NCBI GenBank assembly: GCA_951406725.2
Contig: OX597814.1
Location: 126,914,001 to 126,978,000, forward strand
Direction: 5' to 3'
Length of the DNA stretch: 64,000 nucleotides
Source of the DNA: Octopus vulgaris
Taxonomy: Eukaryota
Both the position numbers and the translations under genes were made by a program. This document shows positions 40,901 through 51,899 of the stretch, in pieces (within the stretch, counting starts at the first letter, position 1; every line of letters starts with the position of its first letter). The notes under the pieces are model-generated. The model was not told the origin of the DNA and searched no databases. It saw only the letters and a list, made by a program, of their open reading frames with translations.

Positions 40901-43900
40901 GCAACTAAAACTGAAGGCATAGCAATGTGTGAGCCATCTTTTATCAAATGTGTTCAAGCTTTAACTATTAACTTGTAGCTTTACAAGACTGTAATTAATT
41001 TAATTACAACTATTTAGGAGAGACACCTGAATATAACCTAGGTGTTCTAAGTAATTGTACATTCCTGTTATATTTCCCAGCTTGTCACCTGGTAAAGAAG
41101 AAATTGCTCTTATATTTAAAAACTGCCCCATTGAAATTCACATTGAAACATCATGGTGATACCCCACCATATCCACAGAAACTACTGATGGCAGTGACTA
41201 AAAGACTTTTAAAAACTGTGTAAGTTATGTCTGAGGAGACTAAAAGTTGAGTAACTGATATTAGACAGACATTAAGAACAACAATTTGAAGAAAAAAAAG
41301 AACAATGGGCCATTGATAATTTCTCATGAGCCACTAATATTCAGATGATGTATAATGTTTCATATTTGAGAAGCAGGCACGGGTGTGTAGTTAAGAAGCT
41401 TAGTTCCCAACCATGTGGTTGTGGGTTCTTTGGTTTCAGTTCCACTGTATGACACTTTGGGCAAGTATCTTCTTCAATAGCACTATGCCAACCAAATCTT
41501 GTGAGTGGATTTGGTAGATGGTAACTGAAAGAAGCCCATGTATATATATATGTGTGTGTGTGTGTGCATGTATGTATGTATGTATGTATGTAGGGGGAGA
41601 ATTAACAAAAAAACAAAAGACGAAGACAGGTGGTGTAGTCTTTAATGTTTCAAGCCTACACTCTTCCACAGAAAGAAACAAGGAGAGAAAATATGAATGT
41701 ATGTATGAGTTAATGTGTGTGATGGTTGTAAATGAGCAGCATCATTATACAAGTAATGTCATTTGTTTCCAGTCTTCTGTGAAAAACATGTCAGGGCATG
41801 GGAGATATTACCTTGCTTGGAAACAAGTTAGGGTTAGAGGCAAGTATGGGCATTTGACCATAGAAAATCTGCCTCAACAAATTCCATCTAATCCATGCAA
41901 GTATAGAAAACCAAATGTTAAATGATGACAATGATGATTTATAGAAGTAGTTTAAGAATAGAATGTATAAGAGAAATATTGTTCTAGATAAGGAACTCTA
42001 TTGCTATAGGAAAGCAAACAAATTAGTAAAAGAACTGCTGTGATAGTAATGGTAGATCACAGTAATTCCAACAGTTGTATTACAACTAGAAAGATTATTA
42101 TTAATATAGATGAGGCTCTTAATATTCATCATGAATTGGAGGAATAATATAATCCTTTCCACTACAGGCACAAAATCTGGGGGCTAATCAATTTTATTGA
42201 CCCCCAGTATTTGACTGGTACTTACTTTATCAATCCCAAAAGGATGAAAAGCAAAGTCAACCCCAGTAGAATTTGAGCTCTGAACATATAGACAGACAAA
42301 ATGCCACTAAGCATTTTGTCCAGCATGCTAGTGATTCTGCCAGCTCGCTGCCTCAATGGTAGGAATAATAACAATAATAATAACCCTTTCTACTAAAGGC
42401 ACAAGGCCTGAAGTTTTGGGGGAGGAGGCCAGTGTTTCACTGGTACTTGTCAACCATGAAAGGATCAAAGGCAAAGTTGACCTCAGCAGAATTTGAACGT
42501 AAAAAGCACCCACTACACTCATGGAGTGGTTGGTGTTAGGAAGGGCATCCAGCTGTAGAAACACTGCCAGATCAGACTGGAGCCTGGTGCGGCCTACTGG
42601 CTTTCCAGACCCCAGTCAAACCGTGAAACCGTCCAACCCATGCTAGCATGGAAAATGGATGTTAAACGATGATGATGATGATGAACATCAAGGTAGATAA
42701 AATGCTTTTTAGAGCTGAAATTGACTTGCAAGCCTTTCACACACTACACATGTCAAATCACCGAGTCTAGGAGTAAAGATGTTGTATACAGTTGATCTTT
42801 TATATGAACAAAGATGGTTGACAGACCCAACCTTAAAATAGAGTACATGGCTACTTGTTTCACACCTCCAACACATTGTGCACTTCACTTTGCACATACA
42901 TTACATACATTGCTAAGATCACATTTGCAGGTGATGTAAAGTCAATCATGTGAGCATTCTTAGATCTTGTTAACCTGTACCATATTAAGCCAGCTATCAG
43001 ATAAACTAGACACAATCTGAGTTAAGAAGTTGACTATCAGTGTTGTAGGAGCATGTACTTTGGGTATGCCAGGTGAATACTTCATACTTACCAGAGGTAG
43101 TAAAATCATTATAAATATTAAGTTCACTCAATAGTCATGTATTATGATGAGCAACTAATTTTTCTATTATCACTTTTTTCGTGCATACAGGCTTGTCCTT
43201 TCAGGTGCTAGTGCCACATAAAAAACACCCGGTGCTGGTGCTGCATAAATGCACTTGTGCCAGTGGCACATAAAAAGCACCCAGCACACTCTGTTAAGTG
43301 GTTGGCTTTAGGAAGGGCAACCAGCCATAGAAATCATGCCACAGCAGACAACTGGAGTCTGGATAGCTCCCAGCTGGCCAGCAGCATGTCAAACCATCTA
43401 ACCCATGCCAGAATGGAAAACAGACATTAAATGATGAAGATGATACTCTACTCTTTTACTTGTTTCAGTCATTTGACTGTGGCCATGCTGGAGTACCGCC
43501 TTTAGTCGAGCAAATCGACCCCGGGACTTATTCTTTGTAAGCCCAGTACTTATTCTATTGGTCTCTTTTGCTGAACCGCTAAGTTACGGGGACGTAAACA
43601 CACCAGCATCGATTGTCAAGTGTTGGGGGGACAAACACAGATACACAAATATATACATATATGACGGGCTTCTTTCAGTTTCTGTCTACCAAATCCACTC
43701 ACAAGGCTTTGGTTGGTGTGAGGCTATAGTAGAAGACACTTGCCCAAGGTGCCACGCAGTGGGACTGAACCTGGAACCATGTGGTTCGTAAGCAAACTAC
43801 TTACCACACAGCCACTCCTATGATGATGTAATATTGTGACAGTTGTTCTGATATAACACTACACACCTCACAATTAGTTGTATTATGATATGTACTGGGC

Positions 43901-46900
43901 AGATAGCAAAATAATGGGAGAGTGACAAAAATGAGGACTGTAAGTGACATTTCACCAATTTTGCCAGTACACAACCCCTTTATTATTTGCTTCTACACCT
44001 CTCCCTAAAAATTCTGACCCTCCTCAACTAACATCTTAATTCACCTACTTTTCTAATTCATTCATCCCTCACCTCTCCAATTCTTTCAGTCTATATTAGT
44101 CTATTATATAAGACTCATATTTGCTTCCCCATTCCTCTCTAATAAATACTATGAGAGAAGTTGCATATATAAATTCTGAAAACATTTCTTTTTGAGTAAT
44201 ATATTATTCAAAAGTTTAGCATAGTAATATTGTGCACACTGTGACTATAAACACCATTCACAACAAAATATGACAAGGGTTGCCTTGCAATTTTCATAGG
44301 TATTTTAGTGATTAAGCACCCTTTAGCCTGTATTTTACATCATTACTTTAAGGAAGAATAATAAATTAAAGAAGACACATGTGAGCTTCTGGATAAACCA
44401 GAAACTGGAACTTAAAGAAAGAGATTGGCACATTTACAGTGAGAGTTTGTGAAGATTATAATGTTAAAAAATAAAGTTTTAGACACACACAACGTAAAAG
44501 ACAAACTCATTGCATTTTCCTTTAAATATAATGTTGATGTAAATTCTGAATCATCTGCTGGGACAAGGAAGTGTATGAATGTCACAAAGGATATCTTGGG
44601 GAGGCACATGGCCTAGTGGTTAGAGCAGCAGACTTGCGGTCGAGGGATCGTGAGTTTGATCCTCAGACCGAGCGATGTGCATGTTTATGAGCGAAACACC
44701 TAAGCTCTGTGCGGCTCCGGCAGAAGGTAATGGCGAACTTCTGCTGACTCTTTCACCACAACTTTCTCTCACTCTTTCCTCCTGCATCTTGCAGCTCACC
44801 TGCGACGGACTGGCATCCTGTCCAGGTGGGGAACCTATACGCCAAGGAAACCGGCCCTTATGAGCCAGGCGTGGTTCAAGAAGGAACAAACAACAAAATG
44901 ATGTAATGAGTTATCTATCAATAATCCTGAGGTAACAATGTCCACAGTGGAGAAATTCGGTTCTACTGCCAAACTAACTAGACATACGGGTATTGAGAAC
45001 GTCAAAGAAAGTGACAAGTGGTTATTATGATTTAGATGTTGCTATGGAATGGGTAACAAAGTGACCCATGGCGAGTCAGGGAGTGCATTAAGGAAATCAA
45101 ACCATTCAGGAACATGCTAAATAATGTAATTAAATATGAAGGGTACTAATCTCTCAAAGTAGAAGTGTGATGAAACTGGATTATATTGAAGTTGGCTACC
45201 TTGGAATAACTAAGCTCTTAAGAATAAAAACTCCACACCTGAACATCAATGAAATAAGGAATGCTTTTGTGGTATGGTGTTGCATGAATGCAGACAGTCT
45301 GTACTATCTACAATTAGTGGCAAGAAAGGGGTAAATCAGCATATCCATGTTATCATTCCAAAAATTGAGGTTGAAGATGCAAATCTTTAATGACTGGTTT
45401 TTCTTGCACTTCCCTGCATGTGTGAATACCAGAAAGTTTTCCTCAAACTTTCTGTTAATGAGATGAAGGCACTACTAATTTCGGACATTGCACCTACTCA
45501 GCAGATGGTCATCAAATTCTCTGTAAAGCTGGTGAAATATAATGTATGTTCTTACCACCCAATGTTATTGCCACAATCCAGTCAATGAATCAAGGAATAA
45601 TTGTAGTCTGTGATAGACAAAAATATTAAGATGAAGTTCTTGTTATCATCTTTATTTAACATCAGTCTTGTTGTCAAGCAGTAGTAGGGGACAAACACAT
45701 ACATAGATATACACACACACACATATATATCTTTTATCTTTTACTTGTTTCAGTCATTAGACTGCAGCCATGCTGGAGCACTGCCTTGAATTTTTCGTCT
45801 AATGAATTGAGCTCAGTACTTATTTTTTAAGTGTGGTACTTATTCTATCAGTCTTTTGCCGAACTGCTAAGTTACAGGGACATAAACACACCAACACCAG
45901 TTCTCAAGTAGTAAGGGGGGGAACAAACACACATAGATATATATACATATACTAGCAGTATAGCCCGGCGTTGCTCGGGTTTGTCTTTTAGGTGCGCTTA
46001 AAATGGCAGACTTTGATGTCGCGTTAATAAAGTTTTGACATAGTTTCAATCTTTCTTGAAAAGTAAAAATTTTGCATTATGTAGCTTGTTATTCTCTTTA
46101 AGTGAACATTTTTCTGGTTGAAATACACCGAAAACTGGCAACACAGCAGTCTAAAAATCGTAAAAAATAGGGATTTTCATAGAAAACCCCCCCACCTTTT
46201 TGATGTATATAATTTTTGGTTTTAACATGGTTCGATTTGAATCTTTTCTTCTATGGAACAAAGAGCAAGCCTTCTTCTATCATACTCTCAATTTTGGTCA
46301 ACTTGCGCTGCAGGGTCTCAGAGGAGATAGTGTTAGTTGAAGGCTACCAAACCTGACACACACACACAGACAACTTCAGCTTTATATGTATAGATATATG
46401 ACGAGCATCTTTCAGCTTCTGTCTGCCAAATCCACTCACACAGCTTTGGTTGACCTGAGGCTTGGAAGAAGACACTCCCCCAAGGTGCAGTAAGACACAC
46501 ACATAGAAACCATGCCATAAGAGACCACTGGAGTCTGGACAGCTCCTGTCAAACAATCCAACCTACGCCAGCATGGAAAACAGACATTAAATAATGATAT
46601 ACATACACACACACAACAGGTTTCTTTCAGTTTCCATCTACCAAATTCAGTCTCAAGTCTTTGGTTAGCCTGGGGCTATAGCTGAAGACACTTGCTCAAG
46701 GTGCCTCAAAGTGGGACAGAACCTGGAACCATGCATTAAGTAAACTTCTTACCACAGCCATGCACGCACCTAAAATGTATCAGAATCTACTCAGACTTGA
46801 ACTCTGATTGCTGGATTTGTAATATACAAATATATCAATTAACTCAGACAACCGGCTAAAATGAACACCCTTTTCCTTATCAGTATAGTTAGAGGAGGGT

Positions 46901-49900
46901 TTACTGCATGTGTGGGTGTGTGTGTGTACCTTCCAGAATACTTTTCCTAGTTTTGGAACTTGAAAATTTTTTTTCAATTACTCATTATTCTCAGCATTCA
47001 TTGGTCTAGGGAGTGGAATAGGAATCCCTAGAGAATCATTATATATATATATAAAATCATCATCATTTAACGTCCATTTTCTATGCTAGAATGTGTTGGA
47101 TGGTTTGACCGGGGTCTGGGAAGCCAGGAGGCTGCACCAGGCTCCAGTCTGATCTGGTAGTATTTCTACAGCTGGATGCCCTTCCTAACGCCAACCACTC
47201 TGTGAGTGTAGTGGGTGGTTTTTACATGCCACCGGCTCGGAAGCCACTCAAGGCGGTGTTGGCATATATATATATATAAACATTATGGATGTGTGTATGA
47301 TGAAGATGATGACTTATTGCCCAAGAAAAAATCCCTTGCTAATATCATTTTGTACATTAACTTGTCAACAGAAAGTGATGAAGCAACAGTGGAAACTTCA
47401 CATACACACATTGCAAAAATGAAAAAAAAATGTATTTTCTATTCCTAAAATAGTAAAATAAGCTATAGCAGAGTAGTGAAGGCATGGAACCAATAAAGAT
47501 TAGAAAAAATAAAATATGCATTATGCATTGGATGTGAGAAATATCAAAGGTATGGTCATGTGGATAATAAGTTCACTTTGCAGCTACACATTTTCAAGCT
47601 GGATCAGAGTGACACCTTGGCAGGTGCTTTCCACTAGAGCCTTGAGTGGATCAAAACCTTATGAAACTAGTTAAATCGAAACTGTGCAGAAGCCTGTCAT
47701 TTTTTGTTCCTTCTTGAACCATGCCTGTCATTTTTTGTTCCTTCTCGAACCATGCCTGGCTCATAAGGGCCTGTTTCCCGGTTTCTGTGGCGTATAGGTT
47801 CCCCACCTGGACGGGACGCTGGTCCATCACAGGTGAGCTGCAAGATGCAGGAGGAAAGAGTGAGAGAAAGTTGTGGCAAAGGAGTCAGCAGAAGTTCGCC
47901 ATTACCTTCTGCCAGAGCAGCATGGAGCTTAGGTATTTCGCTCATAAACACACACATCGCCCAGTCTGAGATTCGAAACCGCGATCCCCCGACCGTGAGT
48001 CCGCTGCTCTAACCATTAGGCCATGTGCCTCCACAGAAGCCTGTCAGAGAGACTACAACTGTTCTTGGATGGTGGACTAAATCTGTCATCTGATTTAACA
48101 TCACAATTTTGCCCTTTGATGATTCTAGTAGTGTACAGACTATTGCAAGCATTGAAACTAGGTCTCAGTCTGACATCTTCACACCAATCACAGAGTCTGA
48201 AAAGGAACATAGGTATTGCCATTCCTCCTTTGGCTTAAGCTATGGAAAAAAACAAAGAGAAAGTATTTAAAATGAGTGAGAAGTAGAAACAGTTGTATGT
48301 TGATAGTGATGTGTATGGATGCTCCAATCAGGCTTAACCGAACAGATCAATGACTGATTAAAGATGTTTTAGTTATGGTTGTTCTTTCATCATCATCATT
48401 GTTTAACGTCTGCTTTTCATGCTAGCATGGGTTGGACGATTTGACTGAGGACTGGCAAACCAGATGGCTGCACAAGGCTCCAATCTTGATCTGGCAGAGT
48501 TTCTACAGCTGGATGCCCTTCCTAATGCCAACCACTCCGAGAGTGTAGTGGGTGCTTTTACGTGCCAGTCAAGTGGTACTAGCAATGGCCATGCTCAAAT
48601 GGCGCTTTTTATGTGCCACCTGCACAAGAGCCAGTCCAGTGGCACCGGCAACGACCTTGCTCAAATGTTTTTTCACGTGCTACCAGCACAAGTGCCAGTA
48701 AGGCGACGCAGGTAACAATCATGCTCCAATGGTTTCTTTTTTTTTTTTTCATGTGGCAAGAGAGGACTGAAGGAGTTTGGTTTTTATTTCTAGAAGTTCC
48801 ATTGTTGCTTCTGCTATTGTATGGAGAATAATTAGGTGGAATGAGGATTGGAAGTTGAAAGAAATAAGAATCTGATCCCACAGAAGAAAGAAGACAACAT
48901 CATTGGAAATAGAATGTGTTCATATTCGGTTTTTATCAACAAGATGATAGATGAGTCATTTTATGTGGAGCAATTACAGATGATACAATACTTGTTGATC
49001 GGCTACTTTACCATACATTTACTGTAGAGTGGCCACTAACAAATGATAGAATACTATGGGAGTACTCAGTTACAAGTGATAAATTACTGAACACTCACTG
49101 TAAAGTGGCCAGTTACAGACAATAAATTACCCAACACACTATCAAGAGCCCAGTTACAGAATATAAAAAACTATACACTTATTGTGAGTTGGTCACTTAC
49201 AGGTAATAAATTACTAAAGAAATACTCTGCAGAGTGGCCACTTACAAGTAATAAATTTACATTTGACGGATATTTGTCCTCATCTTGTTTGTTGTTAACA
49301 CAACGTTTCGGCTGATATACCCTCCAGCCTTCATCAGGTGTGTTGTGGAAATTTCGAACCTGGGTTCTCATTCCTAAGGTATTTTTCGATGTTAGGAATG
49401 AGAACCCAGGTTCGAAATTTCCCCAAGACACCCGATGAAGGCTAGAGGGTATATCAGCCGAAACGTTGTGTTAACAACAAACAGGATATGGACAAATATC
49501 CGTCAAATGTAAATAATTCCTCATCTCTTAAATATAGAACTGAAGCAATAAATTCTACACACTTTTGTGGTGATCACGTTTATATATATAAATATATATG
49601 TGTGTGTGTGTGGAGAGAGAGAATGATATTGTTAAATATATATATATAGGCATAAGATAAAGTTAATCCTGTTGTGAAGTTGATTGTACAATATAGTAAC
49701 AAGTGTGAAAATATGACCATCAGTTTCTATAAATACAATGGATCAACAAATATTGAATTTCTATTTTAGTGAATGATGAATCAAAGTTTCGGTTTTCTGT
49801 GATAAATTTCCAAAACCTGTTCAGTTATGTGATAGAAACCTGTCTCTTTACGTTATGGACTGATAATAAAGAAGACAAATGAAGTTGAACGACAAAATCA

Positions 49901-50511
49901 AGCCGAAATTTCTGGAGGAATCAAAACTACACGAAGAATGAGAAAATATCAAAAGAATTGAATTCAATTATTTATCTAAAAACAAATGTTTGAAAAATAT
50001 CGTTGATTTCTAAAATATCAATATACAGAAATCAAGCTGCAATTAAAACAAAAATTTATTTAATCCTAACAGAGCAGACCTATGATCAAAGACATTTCAG
50101 CCGTGACCACACCATCTCGTTTTCAGACAGTGTATCCCGGACCAAGTTATCTGAATGTGGGCGCCTTTTATCTTAATGCGGTGGAGTCGGTAACTTGGAA
50201 GGCTATTTTATAATATTTACAAGGTTGAACGATCACAGAAAAGTCGGCTCGTTTAAGTATTTAAGAGATGGTTAAATAAAAAAAAAACATGCAACTATGA
50301 AGACAATTCTGAAACGATAATGTCACAGAAAAATGGACGAAACTAGGAAGAGGAAAGTAAGAGTTTAGGAATGCCAGGAAAATAACTGGGTACTTGTATC
50401 AATAGAATATTGAACTTACCCTGATTTGCAGGAGCTATCAAGAACAGTATTAATATCTGGACAACAATTAAAGTCCCGAGCACAAGAAACACGTGCAACC
50501 GAGTTGGCCAT
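19464..50511 (-). CDS. PRMT5: Protein arginine N-methyltransferase 5, 17 coding exons, 630 aa (gene span)
   Basis: Exons sum to 1893 nt, all introns GT-AG, phases compatible. Motifs [48 protein letters not shown] and C-terminal GRSYTIGL*. Confidence 0.96.
20052..20116 (-). CDS. PRMT5: PRMT5 exon 16 (65 nt) [21 protein letters not shown]
   Basis: FSW loop; tacAG acceptor, GTATTG donor. Confidence 0.94.
20808..20924 (-). CDS. PRMT5: PRMT5 exon 15 (117 nt) EVIDNSRY...[18 protein letters not shown]
   Basis: ttctAG acceptor, GTAAGT donor. Confidence 0.94.
20980..21398 (+). mobile_element. SINE family A, full length, PRMT5 intron 14
   Basis: Head, core, (TA)n(TG)n and tail present. Confidence 0.88.
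22471..22707. mobile_element. Foldback-type MITE with tandem 30-bp units in inverted arms
   Basis: GGTAAGTTCACTG...CAGTGAACTTACC termini; unit aagttcactgtcatcaatttactgcaagga. Confidence 0.65.
23208..23301 (-). CDS. PRMT5: PRMT5 exon 14 (94 nt) [13 protein letters not shown]...FRHPNR
   Basis: tttcAG acceptor, GTAAGT donor. Confidence 0.94.
25461..25570 (-). CDS. PRMT5: PRMT5 exon 13 (110 nt) [25 protein letters not shown]...PE
   Basis: ttctAG acceptor, GTTCGT donor. Confidence 0.93.
26110..26382. repeat. Degenerate ~40-bp minisatellite
   Basis: ctccactatatgtat.tggtatttata.agtgatactg, about 7 units. Confidence 0.65.
26990..27374 (+). mobile_element. Non-autonomous Helitron-like element
   Basis: 5' TC, subterminal CCCG..CGGG hairpin, 3' CTAG; homologous copy at 45952-46394. 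Confidence 0.7.
27503..27678 (-). CDS. PRMT5: PRMT5 exon 12 (176 nt) [11 protein letters not shown]...[25 protein letters not shown]
   Basis: Double-E loop; tccAG acceptor, GTAATC donor. Confidence 0.95.
27808..27930 (-). CDS. PRMT5: PRMT5 exon 11 (123 nt) [13 protein letters not shown]...VEKNPNAIV
   Basis: SAM-binding motif I; ttgcAG acceptor, GTAAGT donor. Confidence 0.95.
28091..28149 (-). CDS. PRMT5: PRMT5 exon 10 (59 nt) [19 protein letters not shown]
   Basis: cgtAG acceptor, GTAAGT donor; supplies the phase required between exons 9 and 11. Confidence 0.92.
28842..28919 (-). CDS. PRMT5: PRMT5 exon 9 (78 nt) [26 protein letters not shown]
   Basis: tttcAG acceptor, GTAAGA donor. Confidence 0.95.
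30239..30310 (-). CDS. PRMT5: PRMT5 exon 8 (72 nt) [24 protein letters not shown]
   Basis: ttacAG acceptor, GTAAGC donor. Confidence 0.93.
30455..30690 (-). mobile_element. RTE-tail repeat, family B
   Basis: (CAT)n-gtttaacgtccgctttccatgctagc. Confidence 0.8.
31397..31779 (+). mobile_element. Helitron-like element with a long terminal hairpin
   Basis: A|TC start, CTAG|T end, ctagcactatgacc..ggtcatagtgctag. Confidence 0.7.
32000..32089 (-). CDS. PRMT5: PRMT5 exon 7 (90 nt) LDVQLILTG...[10 protein letters not shown]
   Basis: ttgcAG acceptor, GTGTGT donor. Confidence 0.9.
32197..32569 (-). mobile_element. SINE family A
   Basis: Near full-length copy. Confidence 0.88.
33238..33548 (+). mobile_element. 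SINE family A, internally deleted
   Basis: Head and tail match the family. Confidence 0.8.
33581..33794 (-). CDS. PRMT5: PRMT5 exon 6 (214 nt) WHTFRTLC...[19 protein letters not shown]
   Basis: ttttAG acceptor, GTACTT donor. Confidence 0.93.
34681..34793 (-). CDS. PRMT5: PRMT5 exon 5 (113 nt) [13 protein letters not shown]...DYNTWY
   Basis: ttccAG acceptor, GTAGGT donor. Confidence 0.9.
35770..35901 (-). CDS. PRMT5: PRMT5 exon 4 (132 nt) [15 protein letters not shown]...HSYWQQ
   Basis: ttccAG acceptor, GTAAGT donor. Confidence 0.92.
36648..36733 (-). CDS. PRMT5: PRMT5 exon 3 (86 nt) [28 protein letters not shown]
   Basis: tgtAG acceptor, GTTAGT donor. Confidence 0.93.
37405..37956 (-). 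mobile_element. Two copies of tRNA-derived SINE family D (Nin/Deu-like core)
   Basis: aaaggatgaaaggcaaagttgac core, same family as the 59348 array. Confidence 0.75.
37960..38236 (-). mobile_element. tRNA-derived SINE family C variant with 13-bp TSD
   Basis: TSD atccaccttaatt at 37947-37959 and 38237-38249; (TAAA)n tail. Confidence 0.85.
38599..38717 (-). CDS. PRMT5: PRMT5 exon 2 (119 nt) [17 protein letters not shown]...[10 protein letters not shown]
   Basis: ttccAG acceptor, GTAAGC donor. Confidence 0.93.
38805..39560 (-). mobile_element. 3' end of an RTE-clade LINE that carries the family B tail
   Basis: Decayed [28 protein letters not shown] followed by the family B 3' UTR. Confidence 0.75.
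41595..41692 (-). mobile_element. Penelope tail fragment with a decayed hammerhead-like motif (41639-41676)
   Basis: Reverse complement matches 10075-10230: UCUUU-CUGUGGA-A-GAGU(GUAG)GCUU-GAAAC-AUU-AAAGA. Confidence 0.65.
42498..42683 (+). mobile_element. RTE-tail repeat, family B
   Basis: ggaagggcatccagctgtagaaac...(GAT)n. Confidence 0.8.
43446..43820 (-). mobile_element. SINE family A, inserted in the (GAT)n tail of a family B copy (43190-43444)
   Basis: Full-length copy flanked by gatgat repeats. Confidence 0.85.
44600..44893 (+). mobile_element. tRNA-derived SINE family C
   Basis: ggaggcacatggcctagtggttagagc A-box head; homologous to 47700-48033. Confidence 0.85.
44900..45620 (+). mobile_element. 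Decayed pogo/Tigger DDE transposase
   Basis: [36 protein letters not shown]. Confidence 0.75.
45952..46394 (-). mobile_element. Helitron-like element inserted in the microsatellite of a SINE A copy (45730-46490)
   Basis: A|TC..CTAG|T termini; homologous to the 26990 copy. Confidence 0.75.
47700..48033 (-). mobile_element. SINE family C with 13-bp TSD and a duplicated 3' end
   Basis: TSD cagaagcctgtca at 47687-47699 and 48034-48046. Confidence 0.88.
48387..48750 (-). mobile_element. RTE-tail repeat, family B (another copy at 47057-47265)
   Basis: Family consensus match. Confidence 0.8.
49020..49254. repeat. Degenerate ~42-bp minisatellite
   Basis: agagtggccacttacaagtaataaattact-like units. 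Confidence 0.65.
49255..49514. repeat. Inverted repeat, 123-bp arms (7 mismatches), 14-nt spacer
   Basis: 49255-49377 is the reverse complement of 49392-49514. Confidence 0.95.
49298..49341 (-). ncRNA. Minimal type I hammerhead ribozyme motif, PRMT5 intron 1, sense orientation
   Basis: ACAC-CUGAUGA-A-GGCUG(GAGGGUAUAU)CAGCC-GAAAC-GUU-GUGU. Confidence 0.72.
50420..50511 (-). CDS. PRMT5: PRMT5 coding exon 1 (92 nt) [31 protein letters not shown]
   Basis: ATG at 50511; RVSCARD resembles the PRMT5 N-terminus; donor GTAAGT. Confidence 0.9.
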
Positions 50512-51899
50512 GATGAAGGTGGAACAAAAGTTGAGGAGGGACTAAATGTGTCAGTGAGTTAAGAGATCCGGGCACTTTGTCCTCAACACCACCATATAGA
50601 GAGGGATAGACACACGCGCTCGGGGCAGACCTTGTTGGCGCTTAGTACTTTTTAATATCTTGTAATTTTATTTAAGAGCCTCATCATACATTATCCAATG
50701 CTAAATTTATCAGACGTTATTAGCTATATTTCTATATCCTACATTATAGTGTCTATAATTCGTTTTCCTCGCTTCTGTCGTTTTTCCTCATCGCAATTAA
50801 GAATAATTTATAGAACATTATATAACTTCAAATTTTAGTGTGTACTTCCTTATTAATATTTTAACCCTTTTGTTACCAAAAAGTCCGAAACTTATCTAGC
50901 TATTTATATTTGAATGGCAATATCAATGTAAATCTCGTTTCTGCGTTAATAATAACACGTGAATTCAACAGATAGAACATTTTTGCTTGTTGAATATTCT
51001 GTTTGGAGTTTTTTTTAGGTTTTTCGAATTCCCCAACATTTTCTCCCGATTATATAAACTTCAAATTTAGTAATAACGACTCTGAATTTGAATGACTTTC
51101 AATATATTATGATCGAACGTAATATCAACTTTTTGTCCGAACTTATATTTGATTGATATTTTCTAATCCTTCTTACTACTGTTGCTCTTGTCTTATTCAA
51201 CTAAACTAATTCCAGCGAAGATTTCTCTCAACGATAAAAATGTCATTCTGTCGAGAAATTTGATACCAACTAAAGAAGCAGCCAGGAATCCTTGGCAAGG
51301 AATTTAGGCAGGAAGAGAATGTTTATTATTTTCTTCCTGTAACCCTAAATTTAGAAAAGTTCTAAAAGCTGTAAAAAAAAAAGTAAATGATTAAAAATTT
51401 ATTGTAGAATTACTGCCAAGTTCTTAAAACTTTATATTACGATCCGAATTCACTAAAATTTTCTAACTGTAAAAATAAAAAAAATCTTTTATAGATTTTA
51501 AAAGATCTGGCTTCTGAAAATTATGATGATATAGGGAGTTTACAATGTGTGTGGTACCATGTATAGTGCAATGTATTTTAAGTTCAGAGGCTTATCTGGC
51601 TGTCCCCCCCCCCCAAAAAAAAAAACAGTGGCCTCATACCTATGCAAAAAATATCCTCTCTTCTGTTATGTACCAAATATCATTGTCTTGCCTATTCCCA
51701 TTTTATGGTTCTTGTACTTTGATAGCTTTTCAACTTCCTGGAGGTGTTTTGAGATTGATGCCTATCAAAGCACATAGTTTTTCCTTTTTGTTCTTGGTTA
51801 TATTTGGAAGATTTGTTTTTTTGGAAATGTCCACCTCGTTATTGCTAGTAAAGGACTAGGATGGTATCTTAGATACATATTAGGATTGTATGGGAGCGT

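Noticed and set aside
44600-44675. tRNA-like sequence
   Set aside because: It is a SINE head that continues into a repeated body; other copies have TSDs; no acceptor stem.
49020-49254. Repeat-spacer-like array (also 26110-26382)
   Set aside because: Degenerate minisatellites in eukaryotic introns, with no identical repeats, unique spacers or cas genes; not CRISPR.
50635-50641. TTGGCGC E2F-like site upstream of PRMT5
   Set aside because: A single imperfect 7-mer with no conservation data.
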